This document shows, piece by piece, positions 10,541-20,705 of a stretch of 64,000 nt of DNA; position 1 is the stretch's first letter, and each line of letters begins with the position of its first letter. Below the pieces are notes generated by a model. That model did no database searches. It saw only the letters and a list, made by a program, of their open reading frames with translations, and was not told where the DNA came from. A program made the translations under genes and the position numbers. The stretch is from Candidatus Bathyarchaeota archaeon. Lineage in GTDB: Archaea > Thermoproteota > Bathyarchaeia > Bathyarchaeales > Bathycorpusculaceae. The DNA lies in NCBI GenBank assembly GCA_963702095.1, contig OY969706.1, positions 1,056,001-1,120,000 of the forward strand. Direction: 5' to 3'.

Positions 10541-10555
10541 TGGCGGGTCCGACGG
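10541..10555. repeat. Attachment-site core, a copy of the tRNA-Lys 3' end
   Basis: TGGCGGGTCCGACGG is identical to 58504-58518 and lies 45 bp from the integrase stop. Confidence 0.85.
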
Positions 10556-10600
10556 TTGTAGACCACATACACACGAAAGAATACTAGATTTTTGGGGTAT

Positions 10601-12094
10601 TTAGGTAGCCTCCTTACGGATAATCTGCTTAAGATTCTCTGCAAGAATCGATAGCTGATGATTCTGCGTCTGGTCCTGTGTTTCTGTGTGGTTGCCTCGG
10701 ATTAATGCATCTTTGGATAGGATTTCTTCTGGGTTTCCGCCCCATGCGCGTATGATCTCTTTGAGCTGGTCAATTCTGTTAGCTTGGGTCTTAGGTCTAA
10801 TCGCTAAGCCGGCTGTCTGGTAGAGGTTTCTTAGGGTTTCTATGCCTAAGCTCTGGACGTCTTCGTAAGTGTTGATTGTGTGTCCCATCATGTACTCGAT
10901 GATTTCGGTGTCGATTTTTGCTGTGCTGAGTTGGCTTCGGAAGAATTTTCTCAAGCTGTGAGTTCTAACGGTGTACATCCAACTGTTGGGTAGTTTTTTA
11001 GAGACGTTAGTGCTGACTGCTAAAGTATGTACGATGTGTCTGATGGCTTTCTCGCTGACGCCTAACACTCGGTTTGTGACTTGTTGGTTTCGGATGAGTG
11101 GGGCATCGTCTGTTAGGGTTTCTGGTGGCATTGATCTGCCGCCTCTTTGTCGGTCTTGAAGGTACAGTTTTAGCAGTTGGCATGCTTCTGCGTTTATGAA
11201 GGTGTCGTAGTCGTGGTATTTTCCTTTGGTTATGGCGGCTTCAACGTGGATGTGGATGGGTACGCGGCCTGCTTCATAGTCTTCTTTTATGTGTCGGTAT
11301 TTGAGTTTGGCAAAGGTTCCTTCACGGAATGCGCCTGAGGTTATAGCTGCGATGATGAATGCTTCTCGTACTGCGGCTTTGTCTAGCATCAATGCGATTT
11401 CTTCTGGTTTTGGCGCTCGGTCTTTGTATGTTACTTTGCGGCTTAGCGGTTCGTCGAGTTCAACTTTTTTTACTCCGTTAACTCGGTAGAAAGTTTTTAT
11501 GGATTTTATGTGGTTGCTGACTGCGCCTGAGCTGAGGTCTTGGTCTTGGAGGTGGGCTAAGTAGTCGCTTAAGAATTCGCAGTGGCTTTGCACTTTTATT
11601 GGGTCTGGGATTGCGCCGACGGGTTTGACGTCTTGGATGATTATATCGGGGTTATGGCCTAACCATTCTGCGTATTTCTTGGTTTTAGTCGTGTAAATAA
11701 TGCAGCTGGAGTGCGAGGCTGAGCAGTGTCTTAAGAAGTGTCGTGCGATTTTTAGCATGCTCTGGTACTCAAAGATGTATGGAATTATGCTTGACTGGTT
11801 TCTTAGGCATGAGCGTATGATGTAGTCTACGAGTCCTTTTTCTTGGGCAGCTAAGATTTTGCTGAGTTGGATGGTTATAGGCTGTCGGAGTTTCCAGCCG
11901 TCTATGCTTCGCTCGATGGTGACGGTGTCGCCTTGGATTATCAGCGGTAGGTTGAGGCTTTTTAGTTCTTCAACGGAGAGGTTGCGGTTGCGGGTTATAG
12001 CGGAGGCTAAAGATGCTGTGCGTTGTAGCAATCTAGTTTTCTCCTTTGGAGCTTTTTGCTCTTCGAGTTTTTCGCTCCGATGGTCGGAACGCAT
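10601..12094 (-). CDS. Tyrosine recombinase/integrase
   Basis: FREGT (R), TKGK (K), HSLRKFF (HxxR), MMGH...Y catalytic residues. Confidence 0.93.
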   Translation of the reverse strand: MRSDHRSEKLEEQKAPKEKTRLLQRTASLASAITRNRNLSVEELKSLNLPLIIQGDTVTIERSIDGWKLRQPITIQLSKILAAQEKGLVDYIIRSCLRNQSSIIPYIFEYQSMLKIARHFLRHCSASHSSCIIYTTKTKKYAEWLGHNPDIIIQDVKPVGAIPDPIKVQSHCEFLSDYLAHLQDQDLSSGAVSNHIKSIKTFYRVNGVKKVELDEPLSRKVTYKDRAPKPEEIALMLDKAAVREAFIIAAITSGAFREGTFAKLKYRHIKEDYEAGRVPIHIHVEAAITKGKYHDYDTFINAEACQLLKLYLQDRQRGGRSMPPETLTDDAPLIRNQQVTNRVLGVSEKAIRHIVHTLAVSTNVSKKLPNSWMYTVRTHSLRKFFRSQLSTAKIDTEIIEYMMGHTINTYEDVQSLGIETLRNLYQTAGLAIRPKTQANRIDQLKEIIRAWGGNPEEILSKDALIRGNHTETQDQTQNHQLSILAENLKQIIRKEAT

Positions 12095-12542
12095 ACTCAG
12101 ACTCTTGTATAGACTGATTGCTTTTTAAATTCAATTCATGATTTTCTGGTAGACGCTGCAAACCAACCTTAAGCCGTTGCAAGTCCAAAATGTCGCTTTT
12201 CAGAAGCACTAAACCTGAAGCTTTTGGGTCGCCGCCATGAAGCGTAGGCGGTCCAGCGTCTCTATCCCACGACAAAATGAGGTATAACTCGCAATCGTAG
12301 ACTAACCAGCCGACGGCTTCTCTTTTCTGCGGTTTCATCGCAACAGCCAAGTTTCGGTTGTAGAGGACATGGTCTAAATAGCGGACAAAAATCAGCTGCT
12401 GAGATGGGTTTGGGGGGCTGGTGCCTGAATCCCGTTTTAGAGATGACTTATGGTTTGTGCCTCCAATGCTGCCTGGGGGTTGTGTCGCGTTTGGTGTAAG
12501 TTCAGCCATTCCCTCCCACCCAGCAAGCCTATGATTTGACAA
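12033..12542 (-). CDS. Hypothetical provirus protein
   Basis: 169-aa ORF overlapping both neighbours; small beta-barrel-like core similar in style to 36481..36903. Confidence 0.55.
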   Translation of the reverse strand: MSNHRLAGWEGMAELTPNATQPPGSIGGTNHKSSLKRDSGTSPPNPSQQLIFVRYLDHVLYNRNLAVAMKPQKREAVGWLVYDCELYLILSWDRDAGPPTLHGGDPKASGLVLLKSDILDLQRLKVGLQRLPENHELNLKSNQSIQESEYAFRPSERKTRRAKSSKGEN

Positions 12543-12873
12543 AGTCTAAATCCGATATTCCAAGCGTATCGCACAGATTCTTGAATGCCTGCAAAGCTTC
12601 CACTTGCTTTTTTTGGTCAGAAATCGATAGAATTCTGTTTTTGAGTAGTTCAAGCTCAGCCTTCAGGTCCAACTCTTCGATAAGCTGTAGTCTTTGTTCA
12701 TGGTCGTTTAGTACAAAGTTGATTTTGTTTAGGATGGCGCCGATGTCTGCGATGATTTCCTGAACCGATACTTTTTTGGGTTTTACCAAGCCCTTTTCAC
12801 CTTGACCAACTCTCAGGCTCATCATAAAAAGTATCTGCCCCCGCAAAGTGCTCATCACTTTGAAGGGTACCAC
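12529..12873 (-). CDS. Coiled-coil hypothetical protein
   Basis: Heptad Leu pattern; co-directional with neighbours. Confidence 0.55.
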   Translation of the reverse strand: MVPFKVMSTLRGQILFMMSLRVGQGEKGLVKPKKVSVQEIIADIGAILNKINFVLNDHEQRLQLIEELDLKAELELLKNRILSISDQKKQVEALQAFKNLCDTLGISDLDFVKS

Positions 12874-13381
12874 AAAGTGACGTATCTTTTACAGATATAT
12901 TGAGAGCACGTCAACCATGATTTCTAAGTCAGTTTCTTTTGCGACTTGGATAAATTCGTTTAGGTTTGTCTTGCTAAGGGTAAGGGCAGCTTCTGCTTTG
13001 ATGCTTAATGTGTAAAGTGGTGATAAAAAGTGGGCTTTTGCTGGTCGCACTCCATACTTTATTATCCAGCCCTGCTCACACAAGGCCTTCATGCGCCTAT
13101 CGACACTTTGCCGTTTGACGTGCCTAAAACCCTTAATATGCCTAATTTTCAAGTACATATCATAACTTGTCAGCGGGTTCTTTGCATCAAGAACTAGGAG
13201 TATAACACGGTTAAGTTTGGCTTCTCGGCCACTGAAGACATCAAGTTCTGTGCTCCTGTTTCTCTTCCGCGTCACAGATGTTTACCCTCCAGACGGCTTT
13301 GGAGGGCAAGAAAGCATGGAGTTTAGTTCTTACCATGCCCTGCTGTTGTTTTGGGCAGGCAGACGCTCGCTTCTCCTTTCA
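12874..13381. repeat. Imperfect direct repeat unit A1 (wHTH gene plus leader)
   Basis: Aligns by eye with 16256-16738, e.g. caaagtgacgtat and gtcacagatgt...ccagacgg. Confidence 0.8.
12889..13275 (-). CDS. wHTH protein (paralog of 16271..16654)
   Basis: VFSGREAKLN...LTSYDMYLKIR...SVDRRMKALCEQGWI. Confidence 0.75.
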   Translation of the reverse strand: MTRKRNRSTELDVFSGREAKLNRVILLVLDAKNPLTSYDMYLKIRHIKGFRHVKRQSVDRRMKALCEQGWIIKYGVRPAKAHFLSPLYTLSIKAEAALTLSKTNLNEFIQVAKETDLEIMVDVLSIYL

Positions 13382-13444
13382 AAAGTTGTTATTTCTTGGT
13401 TTTCCTTTTTCAAGGACCCTTCTATGTCATTAAGAGTTTGAGCC

Positions 13445-14257
13445 TCAGGTGAACTCTTTCCTCTCGAACAGCAACAATCCTAAAACTGTAGTTATGACAA
13501 AGTAGAGTCCTATTATTGCTAAGCCTTCTGGAACTGTTGCACTATAGTTCGTGACTTGGAGATCCGTTTTTGCCAAAATCCCTACACTTTCATGAGGTGG
13601 ATAAGGCACCATCAATATGTTTCCGACTATTTGAGCTGCATAGTTCAGAATGAACCAGGGTTCAAGTGGAATCAGCCCTGAGATATTAACGATAAGGGTA
13701 AAAACTATCAGAAGTAGCATAGAGTTGACGAAGACGGCGTTAGTGCTGTTCTTGAAGAGTGCGCTAATTAAGAAAACGAACCCTATGACGGCTGCAAGGA
13801 AAAGCCAAGCAAAAAGTATAGACAAGCCGAATCCTGAAGGAATATTTCCATAGTAAAATCCTACGGCTAAGGTTATTGTTGTAAAGATGGCGATCATTAT
13901 AGAGGAAGCTGCAAAAGCAGACAGCCACTTGCCTATGTATACTGTTGATCTCCGGATAGGGTTTGGAATGCTGAAGTAACCTGTTTTGTTTTGGAACTCG
14001 CCTGAAATTGCATCCCCTCCAAAGAATATTCCCGAGAAAATGGCTACCATTGGTGCTAGCGTGCCCCATAGGAAGTAAATTGAGAGGTTGGTATATACCG
14101 CTACTACTGTCAAGCCTATGCTTATGCCAAGTATGATTGATAGCGTCATTAAGAACCTTCGTGAACGTAGATAGTCAAGAAATGTATACTGCATAATGAT
14201 ACTTGCTTGGTTCAAGCTGTTTGGGATTGCAGTTTTTGTTTTGCTCATGCTTGTCAC
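13445..14257 (-). CDS. ABC-2 type transporter permease
   Basis: About 6 TM helices; DAISGEFQNKTG...PIRR..IGK motif. Confidence 0.9.
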   Translation of the reverse strand: MTSMSKTKTAIPNSLNQASIIMQYTFLDYLRSRRFLMTLSIILGISIGLTVVAVYTNLSIYFLWGTLAPMVAIFSGIFFGGDAISGEFQNKTGYFSIPNPIRRSTVYIGKWLSAFAASSIMIAIFTTITLAVGFYYGNIPSGFGLSILFAWLFLAAVIGFVFLISALFKNSTNAVFVNSMLLLIVFTLIVNISGLIPLEPWFILNYAAQIVGNILMVPYPPHESVGILAKTDLQVTNYSATVPEGLAIIGLYFVITTVLGLLLFERKEFT

Positions 14258-15201
14258 TTCGTATCCTTAATTAATTTTAGATAAATTTCCTCCAATTCAG
14301 AGGATGCTGGCTTATAGCTGGTCACATCTATGTTCAGATGCACTAAATCACGTAGAAGCTGGCTTTGCGCAGCTAAGCTTCCATTGATAGCAATCTTGAG
14401 CTTTGTATCATCTATTTTTTCTGCCCTTACGACGTTGTGGAGGTTAGCAATTGTTTTAGTCACCATTTTGCTATCGATGGGGCTTTGTAATCCAACTTCT
14501 ATGACGTTATTTTCTCCAGAGAATTTGGCGGTTAGGTTGGATAGTGAGTCATAAACAATCAGTTTGCCGTGATCGATCATTGCGACTTCATCGCAGATTT
14601 CGGCAACCTCGCTTAGAATGTGACTGCTCATGAAGATCAGGCGGTCTTGTCCCTTTAGTGACTTTATGATTTCTCTTATTTCGCAGACTCCTCTGGGGTC
14701 TAATCCTACGGTTGGTTCGTCAAGAAGAATCACTGTGGGATTACTTAGAAGTACGGAAGCTAGACAGATTCTTTGTTTCATGCCTTTCGAGAATTTGCCA
14801 ACACGTTTATCTATCCATTCAGTCATTTTGACATTTGCGACGACGTCCTCTATTTTGTTCCTACGCTCATCTGTCGGCACTCCTCTGATTTTTGCTATCA
14901 TGCTGAGGGCTTCTCGGGGAGTTAATGAGGAGTAGATCTCTGGTGTTTCAATTAGGCTGCCAACAGAAGCCAAAGCTTCTTTCTTGTGAGTGTGAACATT
15001 TAAACCGTTTATCAACGCGCTCCCAGATGAGGGCTTTATTAAGTCTGTGAGCATTTTGAGAGTGGTTGTTTTTCCAGCGCCGTTAGGGCCTAAGAACCCA
15101 ACGCATTTTGCGCCTTCGATTTTTAAGTTCAGGTCGGAAACAGCAGGGAATGAATTGAATTTCTTAACGAGATTTAATGTCTCTATCGATGGTTTAGTCA
15201 A
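14254..15201 (-). CDS. ABC transporter ATP-binding protein
   Basis: GPNGAGKT, FSKGMKQR, LLDEPT, SSH. Confidence 0.95.
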   Translation of the reverse strand: MTKPSIETLNLVKKFNSFPAVSDLNLKIEGAKCVGFLGPNGAGKTTTLKMLTDLIKPSSGSALINGLNVHTHKKEALASVGSLIETPEIYSSLTPREALSMIAKIRGVPTDERRNKIEDVVANVKMTEWIDKRVGKFSKGMKQRICLASVLLSNPTVILLDEPTVGLDPRGVCEIREIIKSLKGQDRLIFMSSHILSEVAEICDEVAMIDHGKLIVYDSLSNLTAKFSGENNVIEVGLQSPIDSKMVTKTIANLHNVVRAEKIDDTKLKIAINGSLAAQSQLLRDLVHLNIDVTSYKPASSELEEIYLKLIKDTK

Positions 15202-15239
15202 AGTGACCGCCCTTTTCTCCTTTTTAGACTACAATTTAC

Positions 15240-15263
15240 TTATTTGACTACTTGGTCAAATAA
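15240..15263. promoter_or_regulatory. Putative TetR operator
   Basis: Inverted repeat TTATTTGAC-N6-GTCAAATAA between the divergent ABC and TetR genes. Confidence 0.65.
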
Positions 15264-15336
15264 AAAATAGTTCATGTCCTAATAAAACTTGCCGTCGCAT
15301 AAGCAATTCTTAAATCGTGAAGAACAGTAGTATACG

Positions 15337-15939
15337 TTGGTCTTCATGCCCAAAATGTTATTCGAATACAAAAAAGCCGCAATAGCAAAAATTGTCCAAA
15401 CAGCATTTGAAATCTTGGACACAAAAGGGCATCAAGACTTAACAATGGATGAAATCGCAAAAAGATTAGGAATTAGCAAGGGCGCACTATATTCATACTT
15501 CACAAGCAAAGAAGAAATCCTTAAAGAAATCTACAAGAGCGGACGCCAAATAGTCCAAAGAATTTTGCTTGAAGCCAGCGAATGTAATGACTTCAAACAA
15601 ACGATGGAGCTGATCTTTAAGCTTATGTCCGATAAATATGAAAAGCAAGTTCGAATCTATTTTGAGATTTTGGCTTTGGCCTTACATAATGAGGGCATAA
15701 GAAAAACGCTTAAGGAAGATTACGAGAAAGATTTTGATATGATGCACAGCTTCGTACAGCATTTAGTCGCTAAGAAGCAGATCAGAACGGATGTGAACTC
15801 AAGAACCTTGGCGCATGTCTTTCGATCACTTTGGATGGGTGCCTGTGAAAAATTGATTCTTGGGTACGATACTTCAGAAATCCATGAAAACTGGATAACA
15901 CAAACATCATTGATGATGCAAGAAATAGATAGCCCATAA
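15337..15939 (+). CDS. TetR/AcrR family regulator
   Basis: TMDEIAKRLGISKGALYSYFTSKEEI. Confidence 0.95.
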   Translation: MVFMPKMLFEYKKAAIAKIVQTAFEILDTKGHQDLTMDEIAKRLGISKGALYSYFTSKEEILKEIYKSGRQIVQRILLEASECNDFKQTMELIFKLMSDKYEKQVRIYFEILALALHNEGIRKTLKEDYEKDFDMMHSFVQHLVAKKQIRTDVNSRTLAHVFRSLWMGACEKLILGYDTSEIHENWITQTSLMMQEIDSP

Positions 15940-16029
15940 TATTCCAAACTGGTGATTATCCTGTCAGCCATAGTAGCGCTACTAACGGCTTGTTGGTCCT
16001 ATCGGGGTATTAAAAGAAAAATAAAAAGA

Positions 16030-16146
16030 CCTTGGCTCAAAGCGAGTGGTTATGGGCGTCTTTTTCTTGCCTAAAGAGGCGGTGCTCCCAGAGTTTAGCG
16101 TGTAACGATTCTTGTCAGGGCAGGGTAATTAATCAACTGCGATGGC
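16030..16146. repeat. Conserved non-coding element B1
   Basis: Shares tctttttcttgcctaaagaggcggtgct, gagttt(a)agcgtgtaa and flanks with 20706-20837. Confidence 0.8.
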
Positions 16147-16255
16147 ATTAACCAGAGCGCACTCTCATTTTCAAATACTGGCAAGATATTAAAAAAAGTC
16201 AAATTCGGGTGCATCATACACCTTAAAGAAAAACATTTACCGATAAGGATACTGC

Positions 16256-16738
16256 AAAGTGACGTATTTCTTATAGACATATTGATAAGGTGTCGATAAG
16301 CATTTGCAGGTTGGTTTCTGGGGCTGTTTGAAGATAATCGTTTAGGTCTTTTTTGTTAAGGGCTAGTGCTGCTTGTGCCCTGATGTTTAATTTATAGAGC
16401 GGTGAGAGAAAATGCGCTTTTGCTGGCCTTATTCCCTCCTTCTTTAGCCAGCCTTGTTGGCAGAGTGCTTTTACTCGTCTATCGACACTTTGCCGTTTGA
16501 CATTCCTGTATCCTTTGATGGCTCTAATTTTCAAGTACATGTCATAGCTTGTTAGAAGCTTATTAGAGAGAACCAGGAAGATTATGAGGTTCAGTTTGGC
16601 CTGTCGGCCACTGAAAACCGCTAATTCTGTGCCCTTGGCTCTCTTCCTTGTCACAGATGTCTACTCCCCAGACGGATAAGGGAGCAAAAAAGCCACTGAC
16701 CTTTGGCTTACCTTTCAGAGGCACGCCTGCTCCTTTCA
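16256..16738. repeat. Imperfect direct repeat unit A2 (wHTH gene plus leader)
   Basis: Aligns with 12874-13381. Confidence 0.8.
16271..16654 (-). CDS. wHTH protein (paralog of 12889..13275)
   Basis: Shared LTSYDMYLKIR, VKRQSVDRR and RPAKAHFLSPLY. Confidence 0.75.
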   Translation of the reverse strand: MTRKRAKGTELAVFSGRQAKLNLIIFLVLSNKLLTSYDMYLKIRAIKGYRNVKRQSVDRRVKALCQQGWLKKEGIRPAKAHFLSPLYKLNIRAQAALALNKKDLNDYLQTAPETNLQMLIDTLSICL

Positions 16739-16824
16739 TGGCATAAGAAAAATGGAAGTAGTGAGCGGATTACGCTTACTTATCCACTTGTATTGTGGAC
16801 TGATTTATTCGTCATTTATTACGG

Positions 16825-18063
16825 CTATTCGTATCTTAGTGCGTCTACTGGTTTTAGTTTGGATGCTCTCCATGCGGGATACAATGCAAAGATTACGCTG
16901 ACTCCGACGCCAAATCCAAAAGCGCCCGCCAGAACAGTGGACGTTAGAACCGGCGTTATAGCTAAGCCTCCCGTCTGCGTTTGACTAAGCACCGCCAGAA
17001 TCACATTAGCCATTCCCCAACCAATCGCTATGCCCGTGATTGCGCCGATTAATCCGATAATCACTGACTCGCCCAAGAAGATGGTAAGTACCGTATGGCT
17101 CTTCATGCCCAATGCCTTTAGAATACCAATCTCACGGGTGCGCTCAATCAATGACACAATCATTATGTTCATTATTCCAATGCCCGCTACGAGCAATGAA
17201 ATCGCTGCAATTCCTCCAAGGAAAAGCGAATTGGTTTGGAACACAGAGTTCAAGGTATCTGTTACACTGCTGGGAGTAATGACAGTTACTTGGTTGTCAA
17301 AGTGGTTTTGAATAGTCTTTGAAGCCTCTGTAATCGTTGCGTTGTCGGCGCTGTTTAACCTGACAATTATGGCGTATGCTACGTCGGTGTCAAAGAAGCT
17401 CTGTGCTTTCTCAATTGGGATATAGACACCTAAATCGTTGGGTCCACCAATACCAAGGACGCCCACTGTTGGAAGCACAGCAGCCACACGCGCAACATAG
17501 GTTTCGTTCTTGAATGGGTAAGTGGTTGCGTTAACCCAGACTATGCTGACTTTGTCGCCTGCTTCAAGAAATTTTGTGCCGTTTTGGTTGGGATCACTAA
17601 CCCTTGCACCCACAATTATTGCGTTCTCGTCTCCATTGGCTGGGAAGGTTCCGCTGGCGGCAGCGAAGGTTTTGCTGTAGATGCTCTGGTACTCAGTGAA
17701 GTTTAAGCCCACTATGCCTGGTGCTAAATGTGTGACGCCGCCGTTTTGGATGTAACCTATCTGATTGATAGCAGGTGTAGCGGAAATGATTGTTGGTGAG
17801 AGCGATTTTATTTCGTCAGTATAGTTCAGGTACAGCTTAAACGATGAAGAGGCAGTTGCAGTGTTGGGCATTACTATTACTGTGTCAGCTGCAAATCCGC
17901 CCTCAAGTTGTCCTGTCAAGGTAGTTTGTAAGCCCTGCGTGATTGACATCAACGCGACTATGGCTGCTATGCCAATTACCACGCCCAAAGTGGTTAAGGC
18001 AGCACGGAATTTTCGAAGCTTTATGGCACTTAAAGAATAACCCAATACATCAAGCGGATTCAT
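16825..18063 (-). CDS. MacB/FtsX-type ABC transporter permease
   Basis: RAALTTLGVVIG; GIGIMNIMIVSLIERTREIGILKALG; YPAWRASKLKPVDALRYE. Confidence 0.95.
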   Translation of the reverse strand: MNPLDVLGYSLSAIKLRKFRAALTTLGVVIGIAAIVALMSITQGLQTTLTGQLEGGFAADTVIVMPNTATASSSFKLYLNYTDEIKSLSPTIISATPAINQIGYIQNGGVTHLAPGIVGLNFTEYQSIYSKTFAAASGTFPANGDENAIIVGARVSDPNQNGTKFLEAGDKVSIVWVNATTYPFKNETYVARVAAVLPTVGVLGIGGPNDLGVYIPIEKAQSFFDTDVAYAIIVRLNSADNATITEASKTIQNHFDNQVTVITPSSVTDTLNSVFQTNSLFLGGIAAISLLVAGIGIMNIMIVSLIERTREIGILKALGMKSHTVLTIFLGESVIIGLIGAITGIAIGWGMANVILAVLSQTQTGGLAITPVLTSTVLAGAFGFGVGVSVIFALYPAWRASKLKPVDALRYE

Positions 18064-18744
18064 TTAGTTCACCTCGTCAGAGATGATGTTACCGTCAAAC
18101 ACTTGCACTGTGCGCTTAGCGAGTTTGGCGACGTTTTGGTCGTGGGTTACCATAATGATGGTTACTCCGTCGGCGCTGAGCTTCTTGATTAAAGCAATAA
18201 TCTCTTGTGCGGTTTTTGAATCGATATTCCCTGTCGGTTCATCTAATAGTAAGAAGCGGGGGTTGTTTGCCAAGGCGCGAGCAATGGCGACGCGTTGTTG
18301 TTGCCCTCCGCTGAGTTCTGCGGGTTTATGGTTCATTCGGCTCTTCAAGCCAACCATCTCTAAAAGTTCTGCAACTCGAATATCCCGCTGCGCTTTATCT
18401 GCACCTGCTATTATCATAGCTAATTCGACGTTAGCTTTAGCGGTCAATCTTGGGATGAGATTGAAGAATTGGAAGACGAAGCCGATGCGACTTCTTACTT
18501 CGGTGAGTTGGTTGTCGTTTAGGGTTGATACGTCGGTGGATTGGATGAAGAGTTTGCCTGTTGTGGGTTTATCCAGTGCTCCGATCATGTTGAGAAGAGT
18601 TGATTTGCCGCTTCCCGAGGGCCCTAAAATGGCGAGAAACTCGCCTGACTTGACTGTTAGGTTGACGCCTCGGAGGGCTTCAACGGGTATTTTGCCTAAC
18701 AAGTAGGTTTTTTTGAGGTTTACTGCTTCTACGACGGTTGACAT
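18064..18744 (-). CDS. LolD/MacB-type ABC ATP-binding protein
   Basis: GPSGSGKS, LSGGQQQR, LLDEPTGN; ATG at 18744 preferred as start. Confidence 0.95.
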   Translation of the reverse strand: MSTVVEAVNLKKTYLLGKIPVEALRGVNLTVKSGEFLAILGPSGSGKSTLLNMIGALDKPTTGKLFIQSTDVSTLNDNQLTEVRSRIGFVFQFFNLIPRLTAKANVELAMIIAGADKAQRDIRVAELLEMVGLKSRMNHKPAELSGGQQQRVAIARALANNPRFLLLDEPTGNIDSKTAQEIIALIKKLSADGVTIIMVTHDQNVAKLAKRTVQVFDGNIISDEVN

Positions 18745-18793
18745 GGATATTCGACCTTGCATGCCTAAGCCTTGGCGCATCCATCTAATAAAG

Positions 18794-18812
18794 CTATGTC
18801 AATAAGACATAG
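18794..18812. promoter_or_regulatory. Putative PadR operator
   Basis: CTATGTC-N5-GACATAG palindrome (ATGT..ACAT) between padR and the ABC operon. Confidence 0.65.
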
Positions 18813-18834
18813 TTCTTTACGACGTAGTACGCCA

Positions 18835-19419
18835 CTACATTTCCATCATTCGCTTATACAAATCAACCGTTCCCTTAAGCATCAAAACAGCGTACTCAAG
18901 CAAAGCCAAATTAAACTTATCTAAAATCGCAGAATACTTCTCCAGCTTACCAACATTCTCATCATAACGTGCCAAAGCAAAAGCATAGTACGGCTCGATT
19001 ATCTTCTGGCGCTCCTCCTTTGTAATCAAATTAAAAAAGACAATGTGCACCGTAAGTTCATCAGTGTAGGTACTCTGCACTTGACCCGTCAAGCGTATTG
19101 GAGTCGCGGTGAGTTCTTTAACGTGTTTTAGACCGGATTCGGTGAGCCAGTAAACCTTTCGGTTTGGAGCATTGGGTTGCGATTCCACCCTGCATTTAAT
19201 ATAGTCCTCATTTTGGAATTGAGCCAAACGTGGATAAATCACGCTATTGCTTAAGTTAGGGTATAGTGACCCGAACATGTCAGTAATCCGCTTCTTTAAT
19301 TCATAACCGTGCGCTGGACCCAACACTAACGCGCCAAGCACCATCAGGTCAATTTCGTTCTTACCCATCTGAAGCAACCCAAGGTAACATAGAGCACTTA
19401 AGGTAATAAATTCAAGCAT
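18835..19419 (-). CDS. PadR family regulator
   Basis: GPAHGYELKK...IYPRL...PNRKVYWLTESG; real start may be the ATG at 19369. Confidence 0.92.
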   Translation of the reverse strand: MLEFITLSALCYLGLLQMGKNEIDLMVLGALVLGPAHGYELKKRITDMFGSLYPNLSNSVIYPRLAQFQNEDYIKCRVESQPNAPNRKVYWLTESGLKHVKELTATPIRLTGQVQSTYTDELTVHIVFFNLITKEERQKIIEPYYAFALARYDENVGKLEKYSAILDKFNLALLEYAVLMLKGTVDLYKRMMEM

Positions 19420-19554
19420 TCTTATACATGACTAACAGGTGAGCCACTTACTTCTCTTTTACAAAACTAAATGGTGAAACCTTAAACCTTTACATGGCAG
19501 GGGGCATACAAAAGCACGTTTTCGTATATCGGCAAGCTATTTAAATACCGTTAA

Positions 19555-19572
19555 TTACCGATATATCGGTAA
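19555..19572. promoter_or_regulatory. Perfect 18-bp palindrome, putative protein-binding site
   Basis: TTACCGATATATCGGTAA with partial half-sites nearby (~19525, ~19592). Confidence 0.5.
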
Positions 19573-19677
19573 ATAGCCGTGAGAAAAACACTTACCGACA
19601 TCAGGGCGAAAAACATGAAAAACAGATTAACCTTCCATGTGCTCGCACAACTTATCAAGCAGTCTGAATGCTAATGC

Positions 19678-20193
19678 TCAAATTTTTTCTATGACGTTAT
19701 ATTCAACTTCTTTGATGAACGGTTTAAGCGCTTTTAGTAGTCCTTTATCTAATGTTGCAACAAAGACTTTTTCCTTAACTTCATCATAGAGTTGAATAAC
19801 AAGCGCTATGAGTTCGGGGTCGCCCTTTTTCACCGCGTATTCTGGTCTCGCGTCTAGCTTGCTCAAGTGTTTTCTAACGTTATCCATCACTTTCGAGTAT
19901 TTTCTATAGTTCACTGCTTCCACTTGGATAAGACCTTGCTCAACTGCAGCGCTGATTCTTTCCACAGAATCGAGTATTCGGTTTGCCGCCTCGGGAGATG
20001 TTTCTTGGATTTCTTCTGCGAACTCTTTGGGGTCATCAACAACTTCCTGCGCTATCGCTTTTGGGATTATGACTTTAAAGTTTTCTTTCTTTTTCTGCCG
20101 CAAGAAATCCTCTAGTTTCCCTTTTCTATCATAGAATATGAGAATTGATGAGTCTACGACAAGATAGTTAGGCATCGATGGCGCCAGCTTCAT
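19678..20193 (-). CDS. PIN-domain toxin (VapC/DUF3368-like)
   Basis: LVVDSS...IIPKAIAQE...GD...ATLD. Confidence 0.8.
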   Translation of the reverse strand: MKLAPSMPNYLVVDSSILIFYDRKGKLEDFLRQKKKENFKVIIPKAIAQEVVDDPKEFAEEIQETSPEAANRILDSVERISAAVEQGLIQVEAVNYRKYSKVMDNVRKHLSKLDARPEYAVKKGDPELIALVIQLYDEVKEKVFVATLDKGLLKALKPFIKEVEYNVIEKI

Positions 20194-20617
20194 CTAGAAG
20201 TGAGACAAACTCATAGTAGCTTATTCCTATTGTGGCGGCTGCTTGTCTAAAAGTCATCTTTTCAGCTTTTACCTTGGCGGCAACTTTGTTAAACTTCTCC
20301 ACTCCCTCAGCCCCAAATCGGCCTTTGTAGAGGTCCATCATTGTTTGTTCCTCGAATGCCTCCATTAACTTCTGGGGTGAAACTTCAAGCTTGAAATCAC
20401 CAGCAAAATACACTCTTGTGTTGCCTTTGGCTTCGCTCTCTACGGCGCTGGCAGCTTCAAGCTCTCGCAGATACTTGTAAACGGTTGGCAGCGGATAGCC
20501 TAAGTGTTTTCCAATGCCTTCCGCAGTCTCGCCCCTGTGCTTTGCTAAGTGCGCGATTATCTTTGCTTTGTTCGGATTCCCTATCGCTCGGAGAATCGAA
20601 ACTGTTTTCTCAGCCAT
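20168..20617 (-). CDS. ArsR-type wHTH plus UPF0175-like HTH antitoxin
   Basis: LRAIGNPNKAKII...TVYKYLRELE; C-terminal TFRQAAATIGISYYEF; overlaps the PIN gene. Confidence 0.8.
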   Translation of the reverse strand: MAEKTVSILRAIGNPNKAKIIAHLAKHRGETAEGIGKHLGYPLPTVYKYLRELEAASAVESEAKGNTRVYFAGDFKLEVSPQKLMEAFEEQTMMDLYKGRFGAEGVEKFNKVAAKVKAEKMTFRQAAATIGISYYEFVSLLDEAGAIDA

Positions 20618-20705
20618 AAAGGTCAGTTAATAAAATATATAATGCCAACTATAAACATTGTGGACTAATATTAGGACCCACCGACTAAGCAAAATGAAAA
20701 TAGAA

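Noticed and set aside
12874-16738. Diversity-generating retroelement TR/VR pair or IS copies
   Set aside because: No reverse transcriptase or transposase; differences are not adenine-specific and both copies encode intact wHTH proteins
18083-18706. 207-aa + strand ORF and similar antisense ORFs
   Set aside because: Shadows of well-supported genes on the opposite strand
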